A stretch of 64,000 nucleotides of DNA from Dipteris shenzhenensis (taxonomy: Eukaryota), in the NCBI GenBank assembly GCA_047967505.1, contig CM106538.1. The stretch is one strand, 5' to 3'. Both the position numbers and the translations under genes were made by a program. Numbering within the stretch: the first letter of the stretch is position 1; every line of letters begins with the position of its first letter. Positions 13,580-26,558 of the stretch are shown here, one piece after another. Below the pieces are notes generated by a model. That model was not told the origin of the DNA, ran no database searches, and saw nothing but the letters and a program-made list of their open reading frames with translations.

Positions 13580-14461
13580 AGATAAGGGAAGGGCTGCTGA
13601 TCATGCCCCCTCATATGACTGGACTGGTCAGCCAATAGCCAACTGACGTATGTCACACAATCAGAGTCAGAAGTCACATTTCCAACTTTTGTATAGATTT
13701 GCTGGGATTACATCAGTCCGCACAATCCCACTTACTATTTCTCAATGATACATCCTCAGGCATCGAGCAATATTAATGCTTGAATATAGTGCTCGAGAAT
13801 GCAGTAATAAGCTCAAAACGAAAGGCCAAAGTCTGCCTGAAACAATTGTCCTGACCTTCATCGAACTTGGGCACTCAGTTCAAATGCAACACATAGCCCT
13901 CCCTCTTGATTTTGGTATTTAACTTCTTCAGCTTTGCATAGACAGCATCACCTTCAGGGTGGCTTTTGTCTGCCACAATAAACTCCTTAACCATGTTGCC
14001 AACCTCAATAAAGGCTGTCCAGATACGGGAGGGGCTGATGGTGATGCCCCCTCATATGACTGGACTGGTCAGGCAAAAGCCAATTGGCGTATGTCAAACA
14101 ATCAGCATGAGAAGTCACATTTCCGATTTTAGTAGAGATTTGCTGGGATTACGCGAGTCAGCACAATTCCACTTACTATTTCTCAAAGATACATCCTCAT
14201 GCATCGGGCAATATTAATGCTTGCATATTGAGCCTGAGAATGCAGTAATAAGCTCAAAATAAAAGGCCAAAGTCTGCCCAAACCAATTGTCCTCACCTTC
14301 GTCAGACTTGGGCACTCAGGTCAAATACGGCACATAGCCCTCCCTCTTGATTTTAATATTTAACTTCTTCAGCTTTGCATACACAGCATCACCTTCAGGG
14401 TGGCATTCGTCTGCCACAATAAACTCCTCAACCATGTTGCCAGCCTCAATAAAGGCTGTCC
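13580..14461 (-). repeat. Tandem duplication (~441-bp unit) of the PPR gene 3' end and the decayed DYW domain
   Basis: 13580-14020 aligns with 14021-14461; both copies end in aaggctgtcc on the plus strand. The distal copy reads TAFIEVGNMVKEFIVADKSHPEGDAVYAKLKKLNTKIKREGYVLHLN*. Confidence 0.93.
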
Positions 14462-16427
14462 CTGGTTTCTTCCACGCAACAGCTGACTTCCTTAAAGCCT
14501 GTACTACATCTGCGTCCTCCCACATGCTAGCATCCACATAAATGTTCGACATGAGTAAATATCCAGAAGCAAATCTGTGGTCCATAGAGACAGCATGATC
14601 AAAACAGTGTCTTCCTATCTCAACATTACCATATGTTCTGCAATTATTGAGCAAAGAAACCCATCCCACAACATCAGGGATCACTGGCATACTTTGAAGT
14701 ACATCCTGTGCGTCATTCAAGAAGCCCGCACGGCCAAGAAGATCAGCCATGCAGGTGTAGTGCTCAAGAATAGGCATGATGTCATAATTTTCTTTCATTG
14801 ACTTAAATAGACCGTGCGCTTCATCCACTAAACCCGTATGACTGCATGTTGAAAGGAGAGAAACAAATGTCACATTGTCTGGCTTCAGCCCTTCCTGTTG
14901 CATGTAGTTAAAATGCTGCCAGACAGACTTATAATCGTTATGCAGGGCATATCCTGCAATCATTGCACTCCACAGCAGCTCACTGTGATTTGGCAGCTTG
15001 TCAAACACCTTAGATGCCTCTTCAAGGCTCCCACATTTAGCATACATGTCAATAAGGGTACTCCCGACAAATTCATCCAGTTTTAAGCCACGCTCAAGTA
15101 TATGAGTGTAAATCAGTTTGCCCCGATCTAGGCCTGCCATGCTTGAGCAGCCTTTTAATACGCTTGAAAATGTGAAACCATTTGGCTCAATGCCCTCCTG
15201 TTGCATTTGATAAAAAAGTTGGAGAGACTCCTCAAATCTCCCATGCCTGGCATATCCAGCGATCATTGCATTCCATGTTACCACTCCTCGCTTTGGCACT
15301 TCGTCAAAAACTTGCCGTGCATCATCAAGGCTCCCACACTTTGAATACATGTCAACAAGAGTGTTTCCTACAAATATATCCAGATTGATATCACTACTCA
15401 TGATATGTGCATGAATAAGCTTGCCCAGATGTAGGGATGGTATATTGGAGCATGCTTTCAGAATGCTGACATATGTCACATTATTGGGTTCCGAGCCCTC
15501 CTGTTCCATTTTTTTAAACAGTCTAAGAGCCTCATGCTCATATCTGTGTTGGGCACATCCTGCAATCAGTGCACTCCAAGTTACAACATTTTGATAGGGC
15601 AGTTTGTTAAACACCAGATGTGCATCCTCGAGGCTCCCACACTTAGCATACATGCTGACAAGGGAGTTACCAACACAGGTATCCAACTCCATACAGCTTC
15701 CCAAGATCTGAACATGAGCTAGCTTGCCATAAACAAGGGCTGCTAAGCTGGAACACGCTTTCAATAAGCTCAAAAACGTGACAATATCTGGCTTCCAGCC
15801 CTCTTGTTGCATCTCCTCAGAAACTTGGAAAGCATCCACATACATTCCATGATGGGCAAATGCTGCAATCATAGCATTCCAAGTCACCACATCTCGATTT
15901 ACCACTTTGCTGAAGACACATCGGGCATCCCTCAGGCTCCCACATTTGGCATACATGTCAATAAGAGTGCTCCCCACAAAAGCATCCAAATCAAAACCAT
16001 GTTCAGTTATATGGGCGTGTATCAGCCTTCCTTGTGTCAAGGCTGTTGTGCTAGCACATGCTTTAACGACTGCAACAGAGACATATTCGTCCGTTTTAAT
16101 GCTAGATTGCTGCATTTGGGAGTATAAATCAAGGGCCTCCTGCGCTTGTCCAAGCTTGCAATGAGCTAAAATGATTGCACTCCATGTAAACACATTTTTC
16201 TCGGGCATTTTGTTAAATACTTGATTAGCCTCTACCAAACTTCCGCATGCTGCATACATGCGAATCAGGTGGCTCCCTAAAAATGCATTCAGCTTGAACC
16301 CACTTTTCAAAATGGAGGAATGCACTTCTCTTCCTGTTGACAGATCTTTTTCCTTGATACACAACTGTAAAAGACGATAAAAATTATCTGCGGAAACGTG
16401 AGTTCCTTGCCTGCTCATCAGGACCAT
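14316..16427 (-). CDS. PLS-class pentatricopeptide repeat protein with E domains and a truncated DYW domain; candidate organellar RNA-editing factor
   Basis: Intronless ORF of ~700 aa with repeated P-L-S triplets (LIDMYAKCGSL, VVTWNAMI, TFxSxLKAC), E-domain motifs (EHYTCMADLLGRAG, GYLLMSNIY) and WKKPGTAFIE...HPEGDAVY...GYVP. The ORF track starts at GTG 16445; the first ATG is at 16427, with an in-frame stop upstream. Confidence 0.93.
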   Translation of the reverse strand: MVLMSRQGTHVSADNFYRLLQLCIKEKDLSTGREVHSSILKSGFKLNAFLGSHLIRMYAACGSLVEANQVFNKMPEKNVFTWSAIILAHCKLGQAQEALDLYSQMQQSSIKTDEYVSVAVVKACASTTALTQGRLIHAHITEHGFDLDAFVGSTLIDMYAKCGSLRDARCVFSKVVNRDVVTWNAMIAAFAHHGMYVDAFQVSEEMQQEGWKPDIVTFLSLLKACSSLAALVYGKLAHVQILGSCMELDTCVGNSLVSMYAKCGSLEDAHLVFNKLPYQNVVTWSALIAGCAQHRYEHEALRLFKKMEQEGSEPNNVTYVSILKACSNIPSLHLGKLIHAHIMSSDINLDIFVGNTLVDMYSKCGSLDDARQVFDEVPKRGVVTWNAMIAGYARHGRFEESLQLFYQMQQEGIEPNGFTFSSVLKGCSSMAGLDRGKLIYTHILERGLKLDEFVGSTLIDMYAKCGSLEEASKVFDKLPNHSELLWSAMIAGYALHNDYKSVWQHFNYMQQEGLKPDNVTFVSLLSTCSHTGLVDEAHGLFKSMKENYDIMPILEHYTCMADLLGRAGFLNDAQDVLQSMPVIPDVVGWVSLLNNCRTYGNVEIGRHCFDHAVSMDHRFASGYLLMSNIYVDASMWEDADVVQALRKSAVAWKKPGTAFIEAGNMVEEFIVADECHPEGDAVYAKLKKLNIKIKREGYVPYLT

Positions 16428-17151
16428 AGACAAAGAAGCATCCACCAGTAATCCATCTCGCTTCGCGTTCTTGTAACTCCGATTTTCACTGCTTCAGGGA
16501 ATGTTGAGACGCAATCATTTTTGGGAACGAAGAGAGATGAAGCGCAGAACGATGGGAGAAAATGAATGCTATTTTTTATGCAAATTCAGGGGGCAAATCT
16601 GTGGTAGACTGATGAAGGCTTATGGATGCATTGACATCTGGCCCCATTCTTGGGTAGAAGACATTCGTCAACCTTGGCATTAGAGCGCATCAACTCGCAG
16701 AAATTCTTTTATTTATAGCAAAGGCGAAGAAAGAAATGTTCCTCATTGAGGTTTGCTATGGAGCAAATGCTTGATACTAGGGGTGGGTTCACATCAGCCG
16801 GCGCCCATGACGAAAAAATGACACTTTCAGAGATGGCCGCTGGGTGATGTCGGGTGAACCACATCACCCAACGGCCATGAGGGTAAAAAATGCTCAATGC
16901 TCATGACACAAGGAACTTTTGACCAATATCAACATAGTTTTAAAAAATGATTTCCTAGATTATTTACTAGATAAAAGTACATATATCTGGTAAAAGTCCA
17001 AACTAGAGAAAAGTTTGCCTACATAGTCTATCTAGAGAGAAAATTTACTATCTAGAGAGAATTCATTATATATAGAGAGAAAATTTGACTATATGGAGAA
17101 TTAGGTATAAGATTTTACTAGATAGGAAACAACTTTGCTATGTAGTCTTCG

Positions 17152-17155
<4 letters not shown>

Positions 17156-17184
<29 letters not shown>

Positions 17185-17300
17185 TGATTGTTATTTATTT
17201 ATTTATTTATTTATTTATGTTTTGCTTGAAATTTTAGTTATTTATTTATGTTTAGCTTGAAAATTTAGCTATTTATTTATTTATGTTTAGCTTGAAATTT
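17156..17300. repeat. (TG)n microsatellite followed by (ATTT)n and a short AT-rich tandem repeat
   Basis: Read directly from the sequence. Confidence 0.9.
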
Positions 17301-18999
17301 TCACTATATAGCAAAAAAGACTCACTATGTAGTAAAAACATTCAAACTTCTTTTTGCTAAATAGACACTTAACTTTGTAGAATTCTAGAAAGAGATTGAA
17401 GCACAAGGGAAGCATGGACTTAAGAAGAGAGAGGAGAACTCCACGTAACATGAAAGAGGCAAGATGAAGACTTTAGAGTACACAAAAGTTAAGTCTTTAT
17501 ATTTCATCCTTACAAAAGACTCTCTTGGGCCCCTTTAAATAGAGGCCAAGAGTTCCACCAACATGGTGTATGAGCCACCCCACTTGGTTACAACTACATC
17601 CACAAACTTGCTTCCCCAACACCACAAGTACAATGGGCATGCTCCATGTGAACCTCTCATGAGACTCATGTACATATGTGACTCATTATGTGAAAATTGG
17701 GTGACCTACACTCACCCTTTTACCACTCTAGTGAGCGTTACAAACCATATTAGTGAAGAGAAAGTTCTTGTTCACTACCTAAGCACTAGCAAGCATGGGG
17801 ACCTAGCCCAAGCTAGACAAACTCATTACCCAATGTTGTTGGCTAATTTGGAACATTCTCTCTTAAAATAACAGCACTTTGTGAGTTTATTGATCACTGT
17901 AACATTAAAAAGTGTTGAAATGATGGATTGAAATAGGTTGCCACAACGGTTCTCAAAGCAACAAGCTAGAAAAGATGGAAAAGAAGGAATCGAAATGGTT
18001 GGAGAGATAGGCAATCATTATAAAGACAAACTTAAAGAAGGATTAGTAACCAAGGAGCATGCACAATAAAGCCCAAATTAATAGAGAAAATGGATTTCTA
18101 TATCATGGAGGTTAAACCATGGTTAATTATGAGGAAGAAAACTACCTCTAAGATGGAATAATCTTCAAGTGTTAAGGAAAAAAAGATGGATAGGTATGAA
18201 CAAGTTCTGATGCTTACAAGTAAAAACTAGTCAATGGAGGAATATTAACTAGAGCAGAGGATTTGCAATCTATGCTCTAGTGCATTGGTGGAGGACTACT
18301 ATATTGAAACAAATATAAGCATATCACATAAAAGTATGATAGCAAGAACCTTTGCCTTTCTGTAATGTTTTCAAATTGTCATTGGGGACATCATGAATCA
18401 TACAGAGGTTTTGCTATAAAAAATTAGCAAGTCTAAGGCCTTTCAGCTATTTCATAACCTATGAATAGCAGCATAGCTCGTGGAATAGCTAATTAGAGTC
18501 ATATCACAAGATTGGTGTGCTTAGCTTTATCAAGCTCATCCTATAGATCTTGTTGGGTCTCCACATGACATTAATAGAGCATTTCATATCTCTCTCTCTC
18601 CCCCCCCTTCAATTAGTTCAAAGAAATAAAGTTGGTAGTTGGTTCACGTGCTAGCCTGAGCTATTGTTGCAAATTGGTCTCTAAATTCACACATCACCTC
18701 TTCATGTACTTGGTCTTTGAACTCTATTTCTCTTGAATTATTGATAAAATATCATCAAGATCATTCTTTATTAATATGCTCAATGTGTGACTGTTAGGCA
18801 AAGAATTGTTTTGCATATTTACTAATCTCTCCCTTGGACCTCCCTTTGATGTATGTGCTACATTAAAAACCTCCTTTTTAATTAGGGATCTATCTAAATT
18901 TTTCCCCTAGTGAGAAAACAACATTTAGTCAATAACGTTTTATACATATAATAACAAAAATATAATTACCAACTCCTACTGCAACCTGATGTATCCAAC

Positions 19000-20950
19000 A
19001 TGACAAACATATGTGATGTTCCTTAAACCTCGAAAATTCCATCTAGCACACAAGAAGGTAAATCTCTTGGGACATGTTATCTCACAAGAAGGCATAGATA
19101 TGGAACTTGAGGAGGTACAAGCAATTATGGCCCTTCCACCACTCACCAATGTAAGGGAGGTGAGGAAATTTTGGGTAACATGGAATACTACCAATGCTTT
19201 GTTGATATGTTTTCTAAAATGATGTATCCTATAAATTTTTTGGCCAAGAAATGTGTCCCCTTCCAATGGGGCTTAGATCAAACTCAAGCCTTCTATTTGC
19301 TTAAGGAATGCATGAGTCAGGGTCTGATTATACAACCTCCAAGGTGGGGTGATGACTTTTATGTGAATCCAAGCATATCATCGCATTCAATGGGTCCCAT
19401 ACTCTTGCAAAAAGGAGAGCAAGGGACACATGCAGCCTTTGTATTATGCAAGCTGACAACTCACTAATGCCGAGGAGAGGTACATTGAAATGGAGAAAAG
19501 AGGTTTGGAGCTTGTGTTTGTAGGAAAGTAGTTTAAGTCATACTTGCTACCTCACCCCTTTTTCTACCTTACATCTCAGTCTTCCTTACAATTCTTGGTT
19601 TGCAAGCCCAATCCTATAGGAAATTTTGCAAAATGGATTTGTGAGCTTCAAGAATTCTCTTTCACTTTTGTTAAACTAAAAGCAATGTCAAAGCCTCTCT
19701 TGCAGATCTACTTACAAGAAAAGGAGATGAAGAAGCAATGACAAAGGAAGAGGTATGTGATGATTTGGAGAGTCCACCTTGGAGCAAGATGACCAACACC
19801 AAGAACTCCAACACATATTGGTGCCACTGCACTTGTTGGCCACATGGACAAACTTGAGTGCCCAAGAACAAGGCTACTCAACCCAATAATCTTGATCTAG
19901 TAGATGTAGTGCTCAAGCCAAGAGACACAAAAGAAAAGACAACCCATTGAAGTTCTAGGATTTCAAAGCTATTGATGATGGAGATCTGTAGAGCCATCTG
20001 TAGAGTTTTTTGTCTGTATATCATATGAATGGTTCCATTACCAAGGAGGAGTACATGAATCAATTTCCATGCACTATGATAAAGATAGCATAGCGTTGAT
20101 TCAAGCAATTTTGAAGTGGTTACTTCATAGATTGGTAGTAGATGTCCAAGGATTTTCTCAAGAGGTTCAAATAGGAGATTAATAAGGACTATGTCCACCC
20201 GAAGATTAGTGATTTGAAGTAGAAGAAGAATGATTCTATCCAATACTTTGTGTTAAGAATGTGAGGCCTCATTAATCAGTTGAACCACCATTGGATAACA
20301 AGTCACTCCTTCTTGGTTGATAATGGGCCATACCTAGGTGGACTTGCATTTCTTGGAGATTGTGAATCCAACCAAGCCACACGAGGAGTTGCTGAACCAC
20401 ACCATGGTGGATGGGAAAGTGTCGGTCATCACTATGAAGATTAAGAAGTAGAGTGCGCCTAACATGATTGTGGAGGGACGTTCAAGGGATCATCTTGGAG
20501 GATGTGCCAAAAGCGACTGAAGATATGAAGCCTTTGCCTATCCAAGTACGTACAACTGATCAACAACCAGTTGAGCCCAAAGGTATAATCCAAGATGTCA
20601 TCATCATGATAGGAGGAATTCACTATATAGTAAGTTTGATTGTCATTTTTTTCAATATGAATGCCTATCCAATCTTGTTAGGTAGATCCTAGTTGAAAAG
20701 TGCCATGGTATTGCACAACCGGTGATCTAAGATTATCAAAGATTATGACAGTCAGACCTAGGGACATCGACATTAAATATCACCATTCCAACCAAGGTAC
20801 CGAGCACCTGTCGCCCCAAATACTTGGAGTTCAAAGATCATTTTCCATAGGATGTTGAGTCTCAACTGATGGAAATGAAAATCTTGCCAATGGGAGAGAT
20901 CCACATATTTCAAATGGCATCTGCTCTCATGTTAGGGGAATTGTGGACTC
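19000..20950 (+). mobile_element. Ty3/gypsy fragments: RT C-terminus and RNase H, followed by gag-end/aspartic protease remnants
   Basis: KVNLLGHVISQEGI, PPLTNVREVRKF, FQWGLDQTQAFYLLK and FAKWICELQEF; downstream VRTTDQQPVEPKGIIQDV..YPILLGRS is protease-like. Confidence 0.8.
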
Positions 20951-21690
20951 AAAAAAGGCCTCTTGCAATGGGCCCTTAAGATTTCTCTAAGCTCAAGATT
21001 AGCAAACTAGCCAATGGGAAGACTTGTTCATTAAAACAATAAAGGATTCCATTTTGGCCTCTCATTGGTGGAGAAATCTCCCTTGGTCCCCACTGCTTGC
21101 CACTTGCCTCCCTTTTTCTCCCACCAACACTTGCGGCATTTACTCACCCCCTTGACTTTTGGATGGTCCCCCTACCCTCCGCCCCCAAATTCACGTGGAT
21201 TTTTTCCTTTTTAAAAAATTGAATTTTGGAAAAGTGTCCCCACCCCCCAAACAACTCCCAAGAGTCTCTCTAAACTATCCCCATTCACTCTTGGCCTTTA
21301 CGCTCCTCCCAACCTCTAGATAGCCTCCTCCTCTCAAACTCTTTCTCTTTGCTCCGTTGTTTCTACAATACTGAAGCACTTCTCTTCAATCATGTGTAGG
21401 TCGCATTTTAAAGGATGAGTTTAGGCTAATGTCCTGGGTTACAATGCAACGTTGAACAACAGGTCCATTTAAGGTTTCAAAAGATGATAGAGAAAACAAA
21501 GAGAAGCATTAGAAGGGTTGCATTGTTGGGTTTCGTAATACCAGAAAGGGACTCATGGTGAAGGTCCACCATGAGTACATGGCTCGTGATATGAACTTGG
21601 ATGTTACAAATCGAGCTTTATTTCCTTCAAATTGTATGTACCATTTATATTGTCATTTTTGCATTATAACAACTTCATTTGCAATTCTAC

Positions 21691-22381
21691 TGTGTAGTTT
21701 ATGTGTGTTGAGAGGGGCAGCCATATTGAGATTGAGAGAGTAGGAGGGGGAGAGAGAGAGGGTACAAGGGCTGTGTTATGGGGGAACACACACACAGAGT
21801 TAAGTGCCGCAATAGTTAGTCATTCATATGTTGTAATAGAAAGAGGAGATGTAGGAGAGGGTGTGAGGATCATCTTATGGTATTTGCCTTTGGAGCCGTA
21901 TGGGCCCAAGTGTTTGTGACATGAGACTGAGAGAGGTACAAGAGAGTACAAGGGTTAGCCCCCCCTTCAAAAGGTGAAGTGTATTTAAGGCCAAAAGTAT
22001 GACTTTGGTCTTCATTGTGTACTTGCAACATTGGGAATAGAAGCTATCTCTTTCTCTACATTCTCTTGTACTTGAGTCTTTTTGTTTACTTTTCTATTTT
22101 CCTTGTGATTGCCGCTATCCCCCTCCCCCATTCCCGCCCTCCTCACATTCTCATTCCCTTATCCCTTTCTACTTCCTCTCTTTCCTATCTTCCCCTTCTT
22201 TCTTGTGGAATCACTTGCACACAATCCCATAGATGCTTGGGTGACACAAGTGTGAAGCTTGTGCATACAAAGCTACCACAAGGAGTTGCTCGAGAGTAGA
22301 TTCTTTGACAGCATTCTTCCAAGATCCCCACGACATGTAAGTCACCACCAGACTACACATTTTTGGCACCGGTGCCAGGGA
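21691..22381 (+). mobile_element. 5' LTR (21691-22359) and PBS (22364-22381) of an Athila-like Ty3/gypsy element
   Basis: Termini tgtgtagt...actacaca form an 8-bp inverted repeat. The following tggcaccggtgccaggga resembles the Athila-type PBS TGGCGCCGTTGCCGGGGA. Confidence 0.8.
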
Positions 22382-22659
22382 GTTCGAGGTATGCTTTCGT
22401 ATTGCACAAGCTCTCTACCATTAACCACCCATTGCACAATGCTTCTATCTTAACTAGGAATGTTGCTAGTGGAGTATAGGATGGGATTGAAGGAATAAAG
22501 TGTGAGTTTGAAGTAGGAAAAGACAATTTGTTGTTTCTGTCATAGGGTGTTTTTAATGCATTTGAGCTTGTTTTTTAGAATTTTTTGCTGTCAAGTCATA
22601 GTTACAGCTAGCTTCATTGATTGCTAAAGTGTGTGTGGCATAAAATCTCACTCAGTTTT

Positions 22660-25600
22660 TATGAAGCCAGTGTCAACCATTTATTCAAACAAACACACAT
22701 AACGCCCTTGAAGAGATATGGCCCTTTGAAAGAGGCGGCTTGTTGTTTGAGCATCTATCTGCTGATTTGGATTGAAGTTGAGGTTGGGCAAATGGTCGTC
22801 AATGGTGAGGGACACCTCCAGGATGACCGCTAAGGCTTCACTGTATCTTGCACTTTCCTTGAGTGTTTTGTCATAAGTTCTTTGCATAATTGATGCATGT
22901 CTGTCCAAGGCTTTAATGAGTGTCTCCTAGCTTGTCCATTTGATTTTAGAGCTTCTATTGATTAATGGCCAATTGCCAGGAGCATCTGCATTATCTGGAT
23001 CATGATGATTGGCATCCCAATGGTAGCAATGGGTCATCGCATCAAATGTGGGATGCGTGTGAAAGGAAGATAGAGCCTGCATGTATTCAAGGAGGTACTT
23101 TTCATTGAGCAGATTTGGTCTACGCCAAGCAGGCTGTGGCTCCAATTTCATGCTGATGTCTGGAGTGATTTGTGCTTGGCGGATACTCTTTGAAATTTCG
23201 GAGAGATCCCATCCTCCTCTTGACTCTACATAAAAATCACCAATGGGGTTACCAAGCATGGGAATCCTATATGTATCTTGTTGTTGCAACTCCCGTGTGG
23301 GGGTGCAAACTGGATTATCCAATTCTTAAAGCTCATTGATGGAATCATTAATGGTGTCTTCCATTAAAAACTCAAGGGAGATTGGAGGAACATGTGGTCT
23401 TGGGGGAGAGGAAGAGGTATGTGGGAAAAGCTTGAGGTTGAAGCAAGTAGTGAATTTGAGTAGATAGAAGTAGGGATGTTTGTGGAAAGTGGAGGGAGAG
23501 CAGGGCAAATTGATTCAGCAACTTGATAATCCTCAAGGGATGGATTATCAAGTGTTGGAAAAAAGTTAGGTGTAACTAGATGATAGTTAGATTCTTGGAT
23601 TAGGCAATAGTGTTGAGAGGCATGGCAAGGAATATGGATTAGCATGGATTTCTAGAAAGGTATGGAGGACAGTACTAGAGTTAGGGAGGGATGTGAGTAG
23701 ATCAAAATAGAGAGTGGCAAGATAGGTGAGATTAGATTGAAGGTAGACCACATATTCCTCTGGCAGATCCTTTTCGCTTTTGGTAGGCATGACAGCTTTA
23801 ATTTTGGATTTTTCTGCGAGTTATATCCCATGGAAGTTGCTGGTGATTGTTGCAGTATAGGTAGGAGTCTCGCTACTACCCGAAGGGGGGGGCTTCCCAT
23901 CAAGCACATTCATATAGTAGTATTGCATTAGCCTTTAACCATATGAGACTTGCATGTACTGAGAGATAGAACACATTCTTCTCGTCTTCATCCATATGCT
24001 AGCATAGATCTCAGAGAGTCTTGGTGCTTACTGGTCTGGTCCAATCAAGACCAGAGATACTACATGTAACATTTTAATTTGCAAGTGTTTCCAAAGTATG
24101 CGTATTCTTCCTTCAAGGTGATCCTCTTGCTAGAGGATTGCAACAAGCTCTTGGTATAATGTAGTGATGCCTTGTAGTAGAAGATCTTGTGCTAACCCCT
24201 CCGCATCGGCTTGACCTAGTAGTTAAATTTCCAACTTGAAATTATTGCCCTTTGATTTTTCCATTCCACGCACTTGTATTTAAACTTACCCAATGTGGAG
24301 GTGTATGCAAGCTTTAGACTACTGAATTGTTGAGCTGCTTTTGGATGCCCTGGAAATTGATCATTAAGCACGTAGAGTTGGAGTATCTCTTGCTCTTGAG
24401 CATCTAGTTCTGCTTTGGTATGCACAAGTATCTCACTTGATGCCATGCATTCCTTCTCTAGTGCTTGAATTTGACGTTTACCTTCTTTAAGGCTACTCAC
24501 AACTCATTGTTTATGTCTAATGTGGCATGGAGCTGATCCTCTTTAAGTAGTAATCTTTCATTTAAGTGCAACAATTCCTTCTTGATATCATCACAAGTGG
24601 CTTGCATATGGGAGAGGGATAACTCGAACTTTTCCTTTTGGTTCAAGGAATCAGATAGCTGTAGGTGTTTTTCTTGGAGAGAAACAGTGGCTTGTAGGGC
24701 ATCCTTTCTACTTTCTGCTAGAGCATTGTGTGCAAAGAGCTATTGTTGCATTTGTTCTGCCATGCATTCCTTGAGCTTCATAATTTCAGTCTTGGCACTT
24801 TGCAACTTGGATTGGAGTGATGGGAGCATTTGTCTTTCCATTTCCCTTTCCTGTTCATCTGACACCATGGTAGCAAGTAATTGAGACCATTGTTGTAACT
24901 ATTGGCTGTGATGTTGTATGATCTAGAATGTGCTATGGCCTTGCTTGTATTGGACACATAATTGACTCCCATGTGCCCATGTGGAATTTTGATCTATTTC
25001 TTGAACAACAGTTTGTTGTATGGTGCCACTACAGACATTTGGGGGTTGTGACTCTAGAGTCGGGGAGTCATCAACGTTGGTGACTTGTGATTCCTGATGG
25101 AGAGGCATGCTATTTGGATCTCTTGCAAAGTCATTATGTAGCATGGTATCCTCTTGGATTTCCACGCTCAATTCCTTCTGTTGCAGGAGCAAGACTGAAC
25201 TGAGTTGCAGTATTCTTTGAAAGAGTTCCACATTGTCATTCTCTGGAATCTGTTCGATTGTTGCCCTTCCATGCTATCTGCATTGACAGTAGGTGGAGGG
25301 CCTAATTCCCATTCTGGCGATAATATCAATGTTTCAAAGTCCTCTATATCTTGTGTTGAGAGGGGTGTAGAGTCATCCTCTTGCTCTATTGCAAACCCAA
25401 TTATTATGGCCAATAGATGGGCAATGTAGCTTTTGCCATTGTGTGTAGTGGATACATAATTGGTTAGCAGCAAGGATATGTGTTGAGCCCAGTCTTGTAG
25501 TTTTGCTCTACCAAGGACTATAAGAGTTTTTACTGACATATAGTTTTTTCTCACTCCTTTATGATTGGAAATGTCAGCCAAAAACTTAGCTGCCTCTTTG

Positions 25601-26250
25601 CATATGGGATCCAGAATCATATCATGGCGTATTACCCTGCTTTGTGACTTTGTGTTACATGGGAATAAATCCTGAATTTCAGAAAATCTTACATCCAAAT
25701 GTTTCTTTGGATATTCTTCTTGTGCGTGTTTTTATATGATGTTATGAATTGACAAATGTATTATGTCATAGCAGGTGTTGGTAAGAAGGATTTTAGCTTC
25801 TCAAAAAGACTACCTATTCCCTTTGACCAGCAAGAAGTTGTAAGCATTGGATGAGATGGCAAATGTTGAGACTCGTGGCCATACAAGCTATATTGTTCCA
25901 TCTATTGCTAGGTCTTTGTTGGTCTGGTCCTCAAGGTGTTTTGCACCTACATCCTGCATAGTCAATTGCTCTGGCTCAATTTCTCTTGCTTCTAGTATCC
26001 CTTGGTTCTGTGGCATTTCTTCTTGGCATGTTGCATTTATTTGCTCATCAGTATCGTTGTCCAAAACCACTAGTTGTGGTCATTTTGGTGCTAACCTCTG
26101 GGTTGGTGATTTTGGACCGTGTCCATCTTCAGGTTGGTGATTTGAGGAGGGCTGTTGAGGTTGAGGCTTGGGCTGTTTGGCATGGTGTCTCTTTGTCGAT
26201 GGCGTTGTAGGCCTTTTTCCCATCTTATTGGACTATATTAGTTGCCTGCC
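22660..26250 (-). pseudogene. Long degenerate antisense accessory ORF inside the Athila-like element (globular region plus coiled coil); function unknown
   Basis: Chain of minus-strand ORF pieces (25888-26070, 25168-25698, 24923-25231, 24216-24500, 22927-23790); the Q/E/K/L-rich heptad-like stretch at 24200-24880 suggests a coiled coil. Confidence 0.6.
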
Positions 26251-26255
26251 ATGCC

Positions 26256-26558
26256 ATGACAATAGAAAAACAAAGAAGGAAGGCATGGTTTGATAGAAAC
26301 CTCAAAGACAAAGACATCAAGGAAGGTGACCTGGTTTTGTTGTACAATACCAAAGTCCATAAGGGCAAGCTCAAATTTCTAGGTCAAGGACCTTATAGAG
26401 TCAAAAAAATGAATCCCATTGGAGCTATGCTGCTAGAAACACTGGATGGAGTTCAGTTCACAACAACAATAAACGGGAGCCGACTAAAGTGCTACTACAT
26501 CAACATGCAAGCCATCCCCGACAATATTGAAGATTTAGGGGCCCCAAGTCTTCCATAG
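26256..26558 (+). mobile_element. Ty3/gypsy integrase C-terminal fragment
   Basis: RRKAWFDRNLK..IKEGDLVLLYN..GKLK...GPYRV...NGSRLKCY is the typical GPY/F module of gypsy integrases. Confidence 0.88.

Noticed and set aside
17376-17820. Possible solo LTR
   Set aside because: LTR-like composition and a TG start, but I could not find a matching end with an exact TSD.
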